DNA from: an uncultured bacterium
GTDB taxonomy: Bacteria > Babelota > Babeliae > Babelales > Babelaceae
Direction: 5' to 3'
Length of the DNA stretch: 64,000 bases
NCBI GenBank assembly: GCA_963722385.1
Contig: CAVRKK010000002.1
Location: 768,001 to 832,000, forward strand
Both the position numbers and the translations under genes were made by a program. Below the pieces are notes generated by a model, which was given only the letters and a program-made list of their open reading frames with translations, made no database searches and was not told where the DNA came from. This document shows positions 39,238 to 49,469 of the stretch, piece after piece. Position 1 is the first letter of the stretch. Each line of letters starts with the position of its first letter.

Positions 39238-41544
39238 ATGATTAAAAAGTGGTTGAATTTAGTCAGTTGTATTGTTGCTATGACGGTGTGCTTTTCTAGT
39301 AAAGCTATGGAGCACCCCGAAGAAAATAGTGTTACGAGCGATATAACAGGAATGTTGGAGATGGTAAGCGGCCAGCTTAGGAGCAGCTCTTTAGGTACAA
39401 CCGTAAATAATACGGTACCAGGCCAAACAATTAACGTGCATAGAAGTGATCAGCTAGATTTAAGCGATGATTTGTTAAAGGCGGTGCAGGCAAGAGAAAA
39501 CAGCTTAATTATGTATATAATTTTTAAAGTTTTAAGGTTTGATATTTATACGCTTAATACGTTACCTGCAAGGGAGTGGATTTTACAAAAACTATCTGAT
39601 CTGAGAACTCAGCCGCAAAACACAAGCAGCATCTCTGAAACTAAAGACTATAGGCAGTTATTAGCTCTTGTTCTATGGGCAGAAGAGAGGCTTAGAACAA
39701 TGAGAACGATGACTGCAACCTTAAAATTGCCCGACGCATTGGTGTTTTCTATTTTAAGTGAAGCAAAAGCTGTTATTTCCTTGTCTTCAGCTCAAATTTT
39801 AGGTCAAATTTTACATCATGCTGTCAAGGAACAAAATGAGGTGATAACTAAGGAGTTATTAAATCAAGGAGCTGACGTTTCTATCTGTGACTCTGCAGGT
39901 AAGCGACCGATAGACCATGCAGCACAAGTTGGCAATATTAAGCTTGTAAGATTGCTTATTGAGCATGGAGCTAAGGTTGATTTAGGAGAGGAAAAGCATA
40001 ACCAGCCTTTACATTATGCAGCAGCTCTCGGACGTGAAGATATAGTAGAATTGCTTGTAAATAATGGAGCTCGCATTGATGCGATTGACAAAGAAGGCTA
40101 TCAGGCAATCCATAGAGCAGCTGCTGGTGGGCATAAAGATGTAGTTGAGCTATTGCTTAAAAAAGGTGTACGTATTGATGCACTGACTGAAGGAGTTGGT
40201 TGGCAGCCTCTCCATGTTGCTGCAAGAAAAGGTCAGCTTGAGATGGTGAAGTGGTTGCTTGATCAGAAAGCTGATGTTAATGCCGAGGATACGAATAAAA
40301 ACCAACCTCTTCATCTAGCGTTAGATGCTAATCGGCTGAAAATAGCAAGGCTGCTTATTCAGCGTGGAGCTGATGTTAAGGCACGCAACAGCTGGACTAA
40401 GCAACCAATACATATTGCAACATCACGTGGTTTTAATGAAATACTTAAGCTTCTTTTAGAAAAAGGGGCTGATGTTGAAGCTCTAGCTCAGTGTAACCTG
40501 CGTCGTCAGGTCGGCCAAAATGCAATAGCTTATTTTCTACGCCCCATCCACATGGCAGTTCTTTTTGGAGATATAACAACAGCAGAGATATTAGCTGATG
40601 GAGGCGCTGACCTTACTGCCCTTGATGGAGGCGAAAGGGGTTTTCAGCCAATACATTATGCAACAAAACGTGGCGATGTAAAGTTAGTAGAGTGGCTTGT
40701 AAAAAAGGGTGTTCCAGTGGATAGTCTAAGCAGCCAATCCTGCTTTTGGGAGTTTAGTTGGGATACTGGGTGGACAATAGATTTAATAGATTGGTCGGCA
40801 AAAAGGTGTACCTCAATAGGTAGTATGAGCAGTCAGGCCTGCCTTCGGCCGATTACTATTGCAGTTATTAAGAGAAATTATGAATTAGCAAGCTGGCTTT
40901 TGAGTCATGGTGCTTGTGTAAACAAGATAGAAAATAACGGTGTAAATGATATAGCTCCTTTAATAGCTGCGATAGTAGCGGGATACCTTGCAGGTAATTT
41001 AGACAGCTACGCTTACATTAATATTGTTAGACTCCTTGTCAAACATGGTGCTAATATTTATGGACAGGAAATAGGAGGTTGGCAAGCAATACATTTTGCT
41101 GCCTCTGCGGGAAATGAAGCATTGGTAAGGTGCCTAATTACACTAGGTGCTAATCCTGCTGCCAAAATGGACAATGGCAATCAGCCAATACATCTTGCTA
41201 TCCGGGAAGGAGATGAAACAGTAGTAAAATGCTTAATTGAGCTAGGTGCTAATCCTACTGCTTGGGATGTCGATGGTAATCAACCGATACATTTGGCGGC
41301 GAAAAAAAGACAGCTAAAAGTGGTTCGATCTCTTTTGAATTACGGAGTTTCTAAAAATATAGTAAATAAGGCTGGTAAAAGTCCCATTGAGTGTGCACTA
41401 GAAGGTAAATCTGAGCTTAAATCTTACATGGTTAAGAAGCTTAATAAATATGATCGCATTTTAGAACTTTTGAGCTCGAAGACTGACTTTCTTGATAGAG
41501 AAGATGCTGCATTTCCTACAAATTGCTGCTTGTATAGCGGATAG
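39238..41544 (+). CDS. Ankyrin repeat protein with a signal peptide
   Basis: Numerous QP(I/L)HxAA..G...V..L...GA repeats. N-terminus reads MIKKWLNLVSCIVAMTVCFSSKA-MEHPE. Confidence 0.93.
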   Translation: MIKKWLNLVSCIVAMTVCFSSKAMEHPEENSVTSDITGMLEMVSGQLRSSSLGTTVNNTVPGQTINVHRSDQLDLSDDLLKAVQARENSLIMYIIFKVLRFDIYTLNTLPAREWILQKLSDLRTQPQNTSSISETKDYRQLLALVLWAEERLRTMRTMTATLKLPDALVFSILSEAKAVISLSSAQILGQILHHAVKEQNEVITKELLNQGADVSICDSAGKRPIDHAAQVGNIKLVRLLIEHGAKVDLGEEKHNQPLHYAAALGREDIVELLVNNGARIDAIDKEGYQAIHRAAAGGHKDVVELLLKKGVRIDALTEGVGWQPLHVAARKGQLEMVKWLLDQKADVNAEDTNKNQPLHLALDANRLKIARLLIQRGADVKARNSWTKQPIHIATSRGFNEILKLLLEKGADVEALAQCNLRRQVGQNAIAYFLRPIHMAVLFGDITTAEILADGGADLTALDGGERGFQPIHYATKRGDVKLVEWLVKKGVPVDSLSSQSCFWEFSWDTGWTIDLIDWSAKRCTSIGSMSSQACLRPITIAVIKRNYELASWLLSHGACVNKIENNGVNDIAPLIAAIVAGYLAGNLDSYAYINIVRLLVKHGANIYGQEIGGWQAIHFAASAGNEALVRCLITLGANPAAKMDNGNQPIHLAIREGDETVVKCLIELGANPTAWDVDGNQPIHLAAKKRQLKVVRSLLNYGVSKNIVNKAGKSPIECALEGKSELKSYMVKKLNKYDRILELLSSKTDFLDREDAAFPTNCCLYSG

Positions 41545-43044
41545 GGTTGTTGATAATGTTGTGGAAATCGAGCTTGACAATACAGAGATCCCTTAATAAT
41601 TGCAGCAGCCATTGGCAATGTCGAGGCGATCGAGCGTTTAATTCAGCAAGGAGATAATATTCAGGTACGAGGAAAAAGTGGTGCCCAAGCAATACACTGG
41701 GCTGCAGCTGAAGGACATATAGCAGCAATAGAATGTTTAGTTAGACGTGGTGCTAGCCTTACTGCTCAAGATGAGTATACAGATCAGCCGATACATTATG
41801 CCGCTCGATCCGGAAGGCTAGAGGTAATTGCATGGTTGCATGGTCGGGGTATTTCATTGGATTCATGTGGATGTAATGGGATGAAGCCACTACATTACGC
41901 AGTTCAAGCAGGAAATAGAGAGCTTGCTGGATGGCTTGTAGCGCATGGAGCTGCTATCTTAATAGGCGATAGGGAAGATGCTCAACCAATTCATTATGCT
42001 GTATTTTATGGACATTTGGATATGATGCAATTGATTGTGAAACAGGATGCCAGAGCTATTTCTGAAAAAGAAAAAAACGGTAGGAGAGCTATCCATTATG
42101 CTGCATGCCATCCTAATGTAGATGTTATTAAATGGCTTGTTGAACAAGGAGCTTTGCCGCTTGTACGTGATCTGTTTGATATGGAACCAATACAATATGC
42201 AGCATTAATGGGTAATAGAGCGGTGGTTGAGTATTTGGTTTCACTAGGTATTGATCTGAGGGCTGTCTATAACCAAGGTAGACAGCTTGTCCACTATGCA
42301 GCAGCAGGAAGCGTAGATTGTATAGAGTGGCTTGCGGAAAAGGGCATGTCTATTGATGTGGTAGATGCACTCGGTAGGCAGCCACTTTGTTATGCGATAA
42401 TTAAGCGCAATATGCCTATGGTAAGGTGGCTTATTGATCAGAAAAACGACCTTTTTAAAGTGGATAGTAATAATAAAGGTTTAATAGACTATGCAGTAGA
42501 AACAGGGGATACAGAAATAGTAGCGTATTTATTGTCTAAGGGTATGACTGTTAAACCACAGCAAGCCGGACTTTTAGTGCATAAAGCAGCACGTAATGGT
42601 CATCTTGAAATGATTCAAATGCTAGCTCATGAATATGGTGAAAATATTCTCCAAGCAGCCGATGATAAAGGCATGCAGGCGATCCATGTTGCAGCGGCGG
42701 CCGGACAGAAAGATGTAGTAGAATATCTTATTAATAGGGGAACTGATAAGTGTGTTCGAGATAAGAACGGTTTCCAACCTATACATTATGCGGTAGGGAG
42801 AAGTATGAAAATAGTTGATTACTTGTGTTCTTTGGGCGTTAATATTAAATCTGTGGATAGTCGCGGTGTTCAACCAATACATCTCGCTGCAGCACTTGGA
42901 TTAAGTTGGATGGTAGAATGGCTGGTAGCCCATGGTGCCGATATTGAGGCAGAGGATAACGGAGGCAAGAAGCCTCTTGATTATGCACAAAAGCAGGGGC
43001 ATGCTTGGGTAGTAGAGCGAGTGATAATTAAAAGGAGAAGCTAA
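41504..43044 (+). pseudogene. Ankyrin repeat gene with an apparent frameshift near 41587 (the listed ORF 41836-43044 is 5'-incomplete)
   Basis: The ankyrin frame is open from 41578 (DPLIIAAAIGNVEAIERL..) with no start codon. ATG 41504 in another frame stops at 41594-41596. Confidence 0.65.
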
Positions 43045-44879
43045 TGTTTAGCCTAGGTTTAAAAATACTGAGCTTTATTATTACTATAATGGTATGCTTT
43101 ACTTCTTGGACTATGGAACATCCGGAAGACCATGGCATTGGTGCTATGGTGAGCATCTTAGAGATAGCATCAATTGAGCCCAGCAATGGTGCTACTGCTA
43201 TTAATAGCACGTTGCCACAATCTTCATCAGCTGAAAACAGTGGCTCTCTGGTACATTATATTGTGTATGATAGCTGTTTGGATGATATTGAAGAGTTGCT
43301 AAGAAAGAATCATCTTGACGTTTCTATTTCTGGTTATTATGGTAGAAAATCGATACATTTAATATTCCTATTAAATGATAAGGAATTGCTCAGCATTGTT
43401 GTGCAAGCTGGAAGGATACTTGAAGCTAGAAAAATAGTTTGTTTCTCCGAGGCTTTGTATGAAACCTTATCGAAAGAGGCCATATCGTTGGCAAGTAGTC
43501 TGAGATATAATCTGAGATATTTGCTTACGCCCTCAAAGCTTGCCAAAACTGATGTCCCGCTCAATGCCCTAGATAATGATCCTACCCATTCTAACTATGG
43601 AGATGAATTACCGTTGCATAGAGCAGCACTATCAGGCGATGAAGAACTAATACGTTTACTGATTGATAATGGTATGCCTCTTGATGTAATTGACCAACGC
43701 GGTTTTCAGGCTATTCATAGAGCAGTGGAGTATGGACAATTAAATATTGTAAAGGTACTAGTTGATAAAGGAGCGCGCATTGATGCTCAAGTAAGGCGTA
43801 TTGGTTGGCAACCGATACATATAGCATCAAGGGAAAATCAACTAGAGATGATACAATGGTTGCTCGAACATGGAGCTGATATTAATGCTTGGGATGGTGA
43901 TGGTGATCAACCGGCGCATCATGCGGCAAGGCAGGGCAATAGAGAGATGATTCGATTTTTGCTTGAGCATGGAGCTCGGGTTGCTACAAAATGTAAGCGA
44001 AGTACTTTGTGGAGATCAGTTACTCAACCATCTTTGGATTCTTCATCTATACATTATGCAGCTTTACAAGGTGACTTAGAGAGAGTTCGGTTTCTTGTAG
44101 AAGAACAGGGTGTTAGTGTTTCGGAGGAAGATAGGTATGGTGCTCATCCGATCCATTATGCTATGGAGTCGGGGCAAGGAGACCTTGTTATGTATCTTAT
44201 TAACAAGGATGCTTACTTGCTTCCCAGTGATCATAACTTGAGGGAGCCTCTATTTTATGCTCTAGCTGCTGGACGTGTTGAGATGCTTGAAAAAGTAAAG
44301 AATAGCTATCGCTGTTGGAGAATCCTTACTCGGGATGGTTTCGGTGAAACCCCGATAACTTACGCATTTAGTTATGATCCATCGATATGCAACCTAGCTT
44401 CTTCTTTAATTTGTAGAGGCCAGGGCATACGCTTAATGTATGCAGCCGCAAAAGGGGGGTGTAGAAAAGTCCTTGAAAATCTAGTAGCCTCTGGCGAAGA
44501 TATTACAGTTTGCGATGACAATGGCTTGCAAGCCTTACACTACGCTGCAGCAGGACGATACGGCAAAAAGGAGCTTATCGATTGGTTGATTACCGTGGGG
44601 GGTGATATTAATGCACAAGATGCTAGAGGCTGGACAGCTTTGCATCATGCTGTTCACGCTGGCGATAGCATGATGGTAGATTTTTTGCTTGAAAAAGGAG
44701 CAAAGCCTAATATTAGAAGCTTCGATAGCGATGGTAATCGTACAGCTGATAAGGTTATTAATCCCGAGACGGCAGGAGGAAGAGGCCCTAGCATAACAAA
44801 GGCTATCTTGGCAGCCCAACAAAGCTATGGGGAAAGGAAAGGATGGTTGAGCGGTCTTAAAAGTTTCATCGGCTTGTAA
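43044..44879 (+). CDS. Ankyrin repeat protein with a signal peptide
   Basis: Multiple ankyrin repeats. The N-terminus (..MVCFTSWT-MEHPE) is paralogous to 39238. Confidence 0.93.
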   Translation: MFSLGLKILSFIITIMVCFTSWTMEHPEDHGIGAMVSILEIASIEPSNGATAINSTLPQSSSAENSGSLVHYIVYDSCLDDIEELLRKNHLDVSISGYYGRKSIHLIFLLNDKELLSIVVQAGRILEARKIVCFSEALYETLSKEAISLASSLRYNLRYLLTPSKLAKTDVPLNALDNDPTHSNYGDELPLHRAALSGDEELIRLLIDNGMPLDVIDQRGFQAIHRAVEYGQLNIVKVLVDKGARIDAQVRRIGWQPIHIASRENQLEMIQWLLEHGADINAWDGDGDQPAHHAARQGNREMIRFLLEHGARVATKCKRSTLWRSVTQPSLDSSSIHYAALQGDLERVRFLVEEQGVSVSEEDRYGAHPIHYAMESGQGDLVMYLINKDAYLLPSDHNLREPLFYALAAGRVEMLEKVKNSYRCWRILTRDGFGETPITYAFSYDPSICNLASSLICRGQGIRLMYAAAKGGCRKVLENLVASGEDITVCDDNGLQALHYAAAGRYGKKELIDWLITVGGDINAQDARGWTALHHAVHAGDSMMVDFLLEKGAKPNIRSFDSDGNRTADKVINPETAGGRGPSITKAILAAQQSYGERKGWLSGLKSFIGL

Positions 44880-44905
44880 TTTACTTCAGGTCTTAGTTGA
44901 TCTTT

Positions 44906-44933
44906 AAGCCAGTATTTGTATACTGGCTTTTTT
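44906..44933 (+). terminator. Rho-independent terminator of the ankyrin cluster
   Basis: AAGCCAGTAT/ATACTGGCTT stem followed by a T run. Confidence 0.8.
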
Positions 44934-45121
44934 AGGACGACTTACGCCCGTCAAATACACAGTTGCATTTATGGGTAATTTAAATATACGCACATCGTAG
45001 CATTCATATCATATATTTCAAGATTTTGTGCTATACTTTTTCATGTGCTTTTTATCGTATATGTTTATTAAAGCGCCTCCTCCCCGACTAAAGTTGCGGG
45101 GTTTCCGCGCGCCCGAGGTTT

Positions 45122-46414
45122 ATGTTTATGCGTCAATGCAGAGTGCCGGCGATCGCCGTGGGATTGTTGCTTATATTCTGCCAATCGGCTATGGCAGGCA
45201 CCTTTAATAACAATTTATTTAATCCTTATGATATTCTTTTGTTCAAGCCTTTGGAAAGCCACGGCGACTTTGTCGTTGCTTATGAAGGGGCTTTTCATGT
45301 CAAGGCCTTTCAGGCGGACCCTGATGATCGGATCGACGCAACGGAGCAAAAGCATTCGAACGTATTTAGGCGCAAAGCTGAAGTCCTCCAGCTTTGGCAT
45401 AACGAACAAGATTTTTGCGCCGCTTTACAAGGTGCACCGCACCATTCACCACACGCAGCAGAGGCAAGCTTATTTAATATAAAAAATCAAAAAATTATCT
45501 GCGGCTTGCGCGTGAGCGGCGATCTTTCCGTACCCATGAACCTTATGCTCTCGGCACGCTTTGCCTTGCCATATGACTTAACCCTCGCCTTTTATTTACC
45601 TGTCTTACTCGCCGAATTTAAAAATATTACTTGGGCTGAACATGACGCCGCAGCGGCGACGACATTTGCCGGCCGGTTTGGTAATTTTGTTGAGCGGCTT
45701 GAAAAGATTGGCTCGCTGAATCTAAGCCGTAATTGGCGGCGCACCGGCATCGGGGATTTCGCAACGCTTGTTTGGTGGAATAACACCTACCTTCAAGACA
45801 AAGAATGGCTAAAAGATGTCGGTGTGTGCATTCGTGGCGGTGTGACCTTTCCATCAGGCGCTCGTAAAAAAAGTGATCATCTCTTTGACCTACCCTTTGG
45901 GCATGATGCTGGACTTGGCATTCTTTTTGGCGGCAATATTGAGCTTGGTTTTGGTCGCTATCTCAAGCTTGGTATCGATGGCGAGTTTCACCATTTTCTT
46001 GGCTCAAAGAGAGAACATCGCATTCAAACAGATAAACAACAAACAGATCTTCTTTTTGCTAACAAAGCCAATTCACACACGCAACCGGGGCTTTTGCAAC
46101 ACTATACACTCTTTCTTAAACTGGGTGGCCTCGTTCCAGGCCTTTCAGGCACCATAGCTTACCAGCATAACCGACAACATGAGGATAAAATAATTCTCGA
46201 TAGCGCCCGATTTAACTCTTTGCTCGCTAATAACGCTGAAAATCTCCAAGATTGGACTACCCATACTATTGTTGGCATGCTGGATTATGAGTTCACCGAT
46301 TGGCTCGATTGTGATTATATGCCAGCAATTAAGCTCTTCGCTAAAAACGGCTTCAATGGAAAGCGCGCTTTACTTTTTGATACTGCCGGCTTCCAGATCA
46401 ATTGTCGTTTTTAA
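45122..46414 (+). CDS. Putative outer-membrane beta-barrel protein
   Basis: Signal peptide (..QSAMA), GIGD..GVTFPSG segment, amphipathic strands and a C-terminal Phe. Confidence 0.6.
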   Translation: MFMRQCRVPAIAVGLLLIFCQSAMAGTFNNNLFNPYDILLFKPLESHGDFVVAYEGAFHVKAFQADPDDRIDATEQKHSNVFRRKAEVLQLWHNEQDFCAALQGAPHHSPHAAEASLFNIKNQKIICGLRVSGDLSVPMNLMLSARFALPYDLTLAFYLPVLLAEFKNITWAEHDAAAATTFAGRFGNFVERLEKIGSLNLSRNWRRTGIGDFATLVWWNNTYLQDKEWLKDVGVCIRGGVTFPSGARKKSDHLFDLPFGHDAGLGILFGGNIELGFGRYLKLGIDGEFHHFLGSKREHRIQTDKQQTDLLFANKANSHTQPGLLQHYTLFLKLGGLVPGLSGTIAYQHNRQHEDKIILDSARFNSLLANNAENLQDWTTHTIVGMLDYEFTDWLDCDYMPAIKLFAKNGFNGKRALLFDTAGFQINCRF

Positions 46415-46704
46415 GCATATATATCTTCGTCTATAAGCGGCTGCTCTCGCATTTCGCACCGGATTGGATAATTATCAAGGTCCCATTGCTTGCAATAACA
46501 ATGGTGGCCTGCGTGATCATGATGAATAAAGACAGGATTATCATCTTCTTCTTTAGCTCGTGGGCTGCATACGCGCGAGCAATAGCACGGACAAGGGTTA
46601 TCTAAATCCAAACACGATCTCTTCGTAGGGCAGATTCCGACCGTATCAAAAACCTGAAAAATGAGCGCCAACATGATAAGACACAGCGAATATTTTGACA
46701 ACAT
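46411..46704 (-). CDS. Small Cys/His-rich exported protein
   Basis: Hydrophobic N-terminus, 9 Cys after it (CPCYC, CYC) and an HHDHAGHH run. Confidence 0.65.
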   Translation of the reverse strand: MLSKYSLCLIMLALIFQVFDTVGICPTKRSCLDLDNPCPCYCSRVCSPRAKEEDDNPVFIHHDHAGHHCYCKQWDLDNYPIRCEMREQPLIDEDIYA

Positions 46705-46727
46705 GATACTTCCCTTTTTTATTTATT

Positions 46728-46982
46728 TTAATACAAACTTTCTTTTTGAGCTACGCAAACAAGTTTCTTATTGTGCATCTGGTATGTCCCCTTATGGCAT
46801 TTTTGTCCCAGCGAAACGCACGTTAAGGTACCATCTACCATAACAAAGGTTCCTGGGGGGCTTCCCAAGAAGCCGGTTTTGTTACATGGCTTGCCAACCT
46901 GTTTGTTGCCATCTTGAGCGGTTAAGTAAGGCATCATGCTTATACTCAAGCTAAGCCATATACTCATATATTTTGCCTGCAT
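46728..46982 (-). CDS. Small exported protein with a duplicated Cys-pair motif
   Basis: AAGGAG RBS, signal peptide and two G..C.K..GT(F/Y).M....L.CV units. Confidence 0.65.
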   Translation of the reverse strand: MQAKYMSIWLSLSISMMPYLTAQDGNKQVGKPCNKTGFLGSPPGTFVMVDGTLTCVSLGQKCHKGTYQMHNKKLVCVAQKESLY

Positions 46983-47076
46983 TTTTTCTCCTTAAGCACC
47001 TAAGTAAATTTTTAAAAGTAACTAGAACAAGCTGCTTAATAAGAATATTATCAATTAGGCAATAAATAAGTCAAGA

Positions 47077-48924
47077 TTACAATTTTCTTTTAAATTTTTT
47101 CTCAATCTCATAAAGCGGGATAGTCCACGAAGTTGGGCGGCCATGAGGGCAGCTAAAGCGGTTGTTGGTTGTACTGAGGGACTCGATAAGCTGATGAATT
47201 TGCTCTTCCGATAAGAAATCCCCTGCCTTTACAGCTGCCTTACACGCCATTTGCGCTCGTAATGCGTGATGGAACGAGCTCGCCAAATCTTTATTGGGCT
47301 CATTGTCATCATGAGCACCGGCTAGTATTTGCTTAATCATATCTTCAAGTGGTTGATCTTTGAGCGGCACCGGGATGGTACGCACGGCCCATTGATGGGT
47401 GCCATATTGTTCAATTGCAATGCCATAGGCATCAAAGATCCCTTTGCATGTTTCTAATGTTTTGCCTTCAACCTCCGTGAGCGTGATAAGGGGAGGGAAG
47501 AGCAACGGCACAATAGCCACCGAATCGAAGCGCTGCTCAAAAAGCTCATAGAGTATTCGTTCGTGCGCAGCATGTTGGTCAATCATAACCAAGCCTTGGT
47601 CATTCTCGATCATAATATAGGTTTCATGCATTCTTCCCACCAGGCGATAAGCACGAGCTTTCGCTCCCGAGGTGAGTTCTTGTTGTGTGTAAGCTGGGTT
47701 CGGGTCAGCGGGACCTGCTAAAACCTGATGCGCATTGTGCTCGGTGTTGGGCAGCGGTTTGCTAAATGATTCCTCAAGCACTCGCTTAAACTGCTCCTCA
47801 TGCGCCTTGCTCGGTTGGGTTGCTTGTTGCTCTACGCGCACCGGCTCAAAAAAGGGCTTCGCTGACAAAGCCGGGGATGAGGTAGGCGAAATGAAGGGTT
47901 CAGGCATCGGCGCACTCAAATCGAAACTTACCCGTTTTTCAAGGACCGCGTGCACCATTTTTTCTAATGATTGCTCAATGCGGCGTGGGTGCAAAAATTG
48001 CACTTCCTCCTTTCGTGGGTGGATATTGATATCGACGAGCATCGGGTCTATCGACAGAGCAATGGCAGCGCTTGGAAACCGAGCGGGCGGCAACGTACCA
48101 GCATATCCTTTAAGTACTGCGCTCGTGAGCTTGGTATTTTTGACCCACCGCTTGTTGACAAACATAAAGATCCCTGACCGGTCGTAACGAGCATAGGTCG
48201 GAACGGTAAGCATGCCAACAATAGATAAGCCGAGTGACTGGTCGTCGTATGTACAAGGCATGCTCGCTTGTACCAACGTTGTATCGTATATCATGCTCAG
48301 CCGTGATACGAGATTCTCCGCCGGCCGACAATCAAGCAGGAGCCGGTCATGATGGTAAAAGGTCAAGCTACAGCTTGGATAAGCAAGCGCAAAAGCATGC
48401 ATAAGCGTGCATATCGCGCGTAGTTCGGTCTCATCGGTTTTGAGAAATTTGCGGCGTGCAGGTATATTCCCAAAAAGGTCGGTAATTGTAATATCAGTGC
48501 CCGTTATTGCAGAGCATGGCTCCTGGCTTACGATCTTGCCTTGACCTATAACAAGCTTTACTCCCGTTAGCGCCTCCGCCTCCTTGGTAACCAGCGTGAC
48601 ATTACTTACCGACGCAATGCTCGATAAGGCTTCACCGCGAAAGCCAAAGGTGCTACACTGTGCCAGGTCATCGATCGTTTTTATTTTACTCGTTGCATGG
48701 TGTATAATACTCATGCACGCATCTTCAGCAGACATGCCACAACCGTTATCAACGACCCTTATGAGCGATTTTCCCCCCTCATTGGCATAGACCGTAATAG
48801 CGGTTGCCTGCGCATCAAGCGCGTTTTCAACAAGCTCCTTAACGATATTTGCCGGCCGCTCGACAACTTCTCCTGCTGCGATTTTGTGTATCTCATGCGG
48901 GGCCAATAAGCTTATTTTACCCAT
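47077..48924 (-). CDS. mutL: DNA mismatch repair endonuclease MutL
   Basis: IAAGEVVERP..VKELVENALDA, GFRGEAL, DQHAAHER, ACK and CPHGRP motifs. Confidence 0.97.
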   Translation of the reverse strand: MGKISLLAPHEIHKIAAGEVVERPANIVKELVENALDAQATAITVYANEGGKSLIRVVDNGCGMSAEDACMSIIHHATSKIKTIDDLAQCSTFGFRGEALSSIASVSNVTLVTKEAEALTGVKLVIGQGKIVSQEPCSAITGTDITITDLFGNIPARRKFLKTDETELRAICTLMHAFALAYPSCSLTFYHHDRLLLDCRPAENLVSRLSMIYDTTLVQASMPCTYDDQSLGLSIVGMLTVPTYARYDRSGIFMFVNKRWVKNTKLTSAVLKGYAGTLPPARFPSAAIALSIDPMLVDINIHPRKEEVQFLHPRRIEQSLEKMVHAVLEKRVSFDLSAPMPEPFISPTSSPALSAKPFFEPVRVEQQATQPSKAHEEQFKRVLEESFSKPLPNTEHNAHQVLAGPADPNPAYTQQELTSGAKARAYRLVGRMHETYIMIENDQGLVMIDQHAAHERILYELFEQRFDSVAIVPLLFPPLITLTEVEGKTLETCKGIFDAYGIAIEQYGTHQWAVRTIPVPLKDQPLEDMIKQILAGAHDDNEPNKDLASSFHHALRAQMACKAAVKAGDFLSEEQIHQLIESLSTTNNRFSCPHGRPTSWTIPLYEIEKKFKRKL

Positions 48925-48927
48925 ACG

Positions 48928-49467
48928 CTACCTCGCTTGACTTTGTAGTTTGATAGCAGCCGTAAACATAAACAAGCCATTCTTTCCTTTACTAATTTCC
49001 GTTACCATATCATGTCTCGACTGAGCGATATTTTTTACTTTTTTAAAAAAAGAGGTTAGGTCTTTGAGGTTGCGTGCCGTGCCGGTAAGGCAGAGCTGCT
49101 TTTGTGCTTCAAAGCGCATCTCATCAAGACGTACGTTCTCGGGGATCCGATCAGCAATATGCTTAATGAGCTGATGCAGGCTTTCGCGAGAATCTTTATT
49201 GCCGCTGCGCGCTTGCTTTTGTAGCGCCTCTTGGTACTTTTCCTGGAGTCGCCCGCGCTGACCGGCAAGCGCCTGATGGTGTTCGAGCCGCGGCCGTACG
49301 GCGCGCATACGTGTCAGCAAGTAAGCATGCGCAATACCCATCCCAAGGATCACGAGTAGGCACCCCATAAGAGACACGCGCCACCACCAAAAGTCGGATG
49401 ATGCAGGCACAAAACTTCCACCGAGGTCACCATGAACAAGATTTTTATGGGGCCGCCGATATACCAT
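48928..49467 (-). CDS. PilN-like domain protein
   Basis: TM helix, coiled coil and IPENVRLDEM..L.LTGTA pattern. Confidence 0.65.
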   Translation of the reverse strand: MVYRRPHKNLVHGDLGGSFVPASSDFWWWRVSLMGCLLVILGMGIAHAYLLTRMRAVRPRLEHHQALAGQRGRLQEKYQEALQKQARSGNKDSRESLHQLIKHIADRIPENVRLDEMRFEAQKQLCLTGTARNLKDLTSFFKKVKNIAQSRHDMVTEISKGKNGLFMFTAAIKLQSQAR

Positions 49468-49469
49468 AA

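Noticed and set aside
41542..41577. Stop-codon readthrough fusing the first two ankyrin genes (same frame)
   Set aside because: Four in-frame stops (TAG, TGA, TAA, TGA) intervene. A frameshifted separate start is the simpler explanation.
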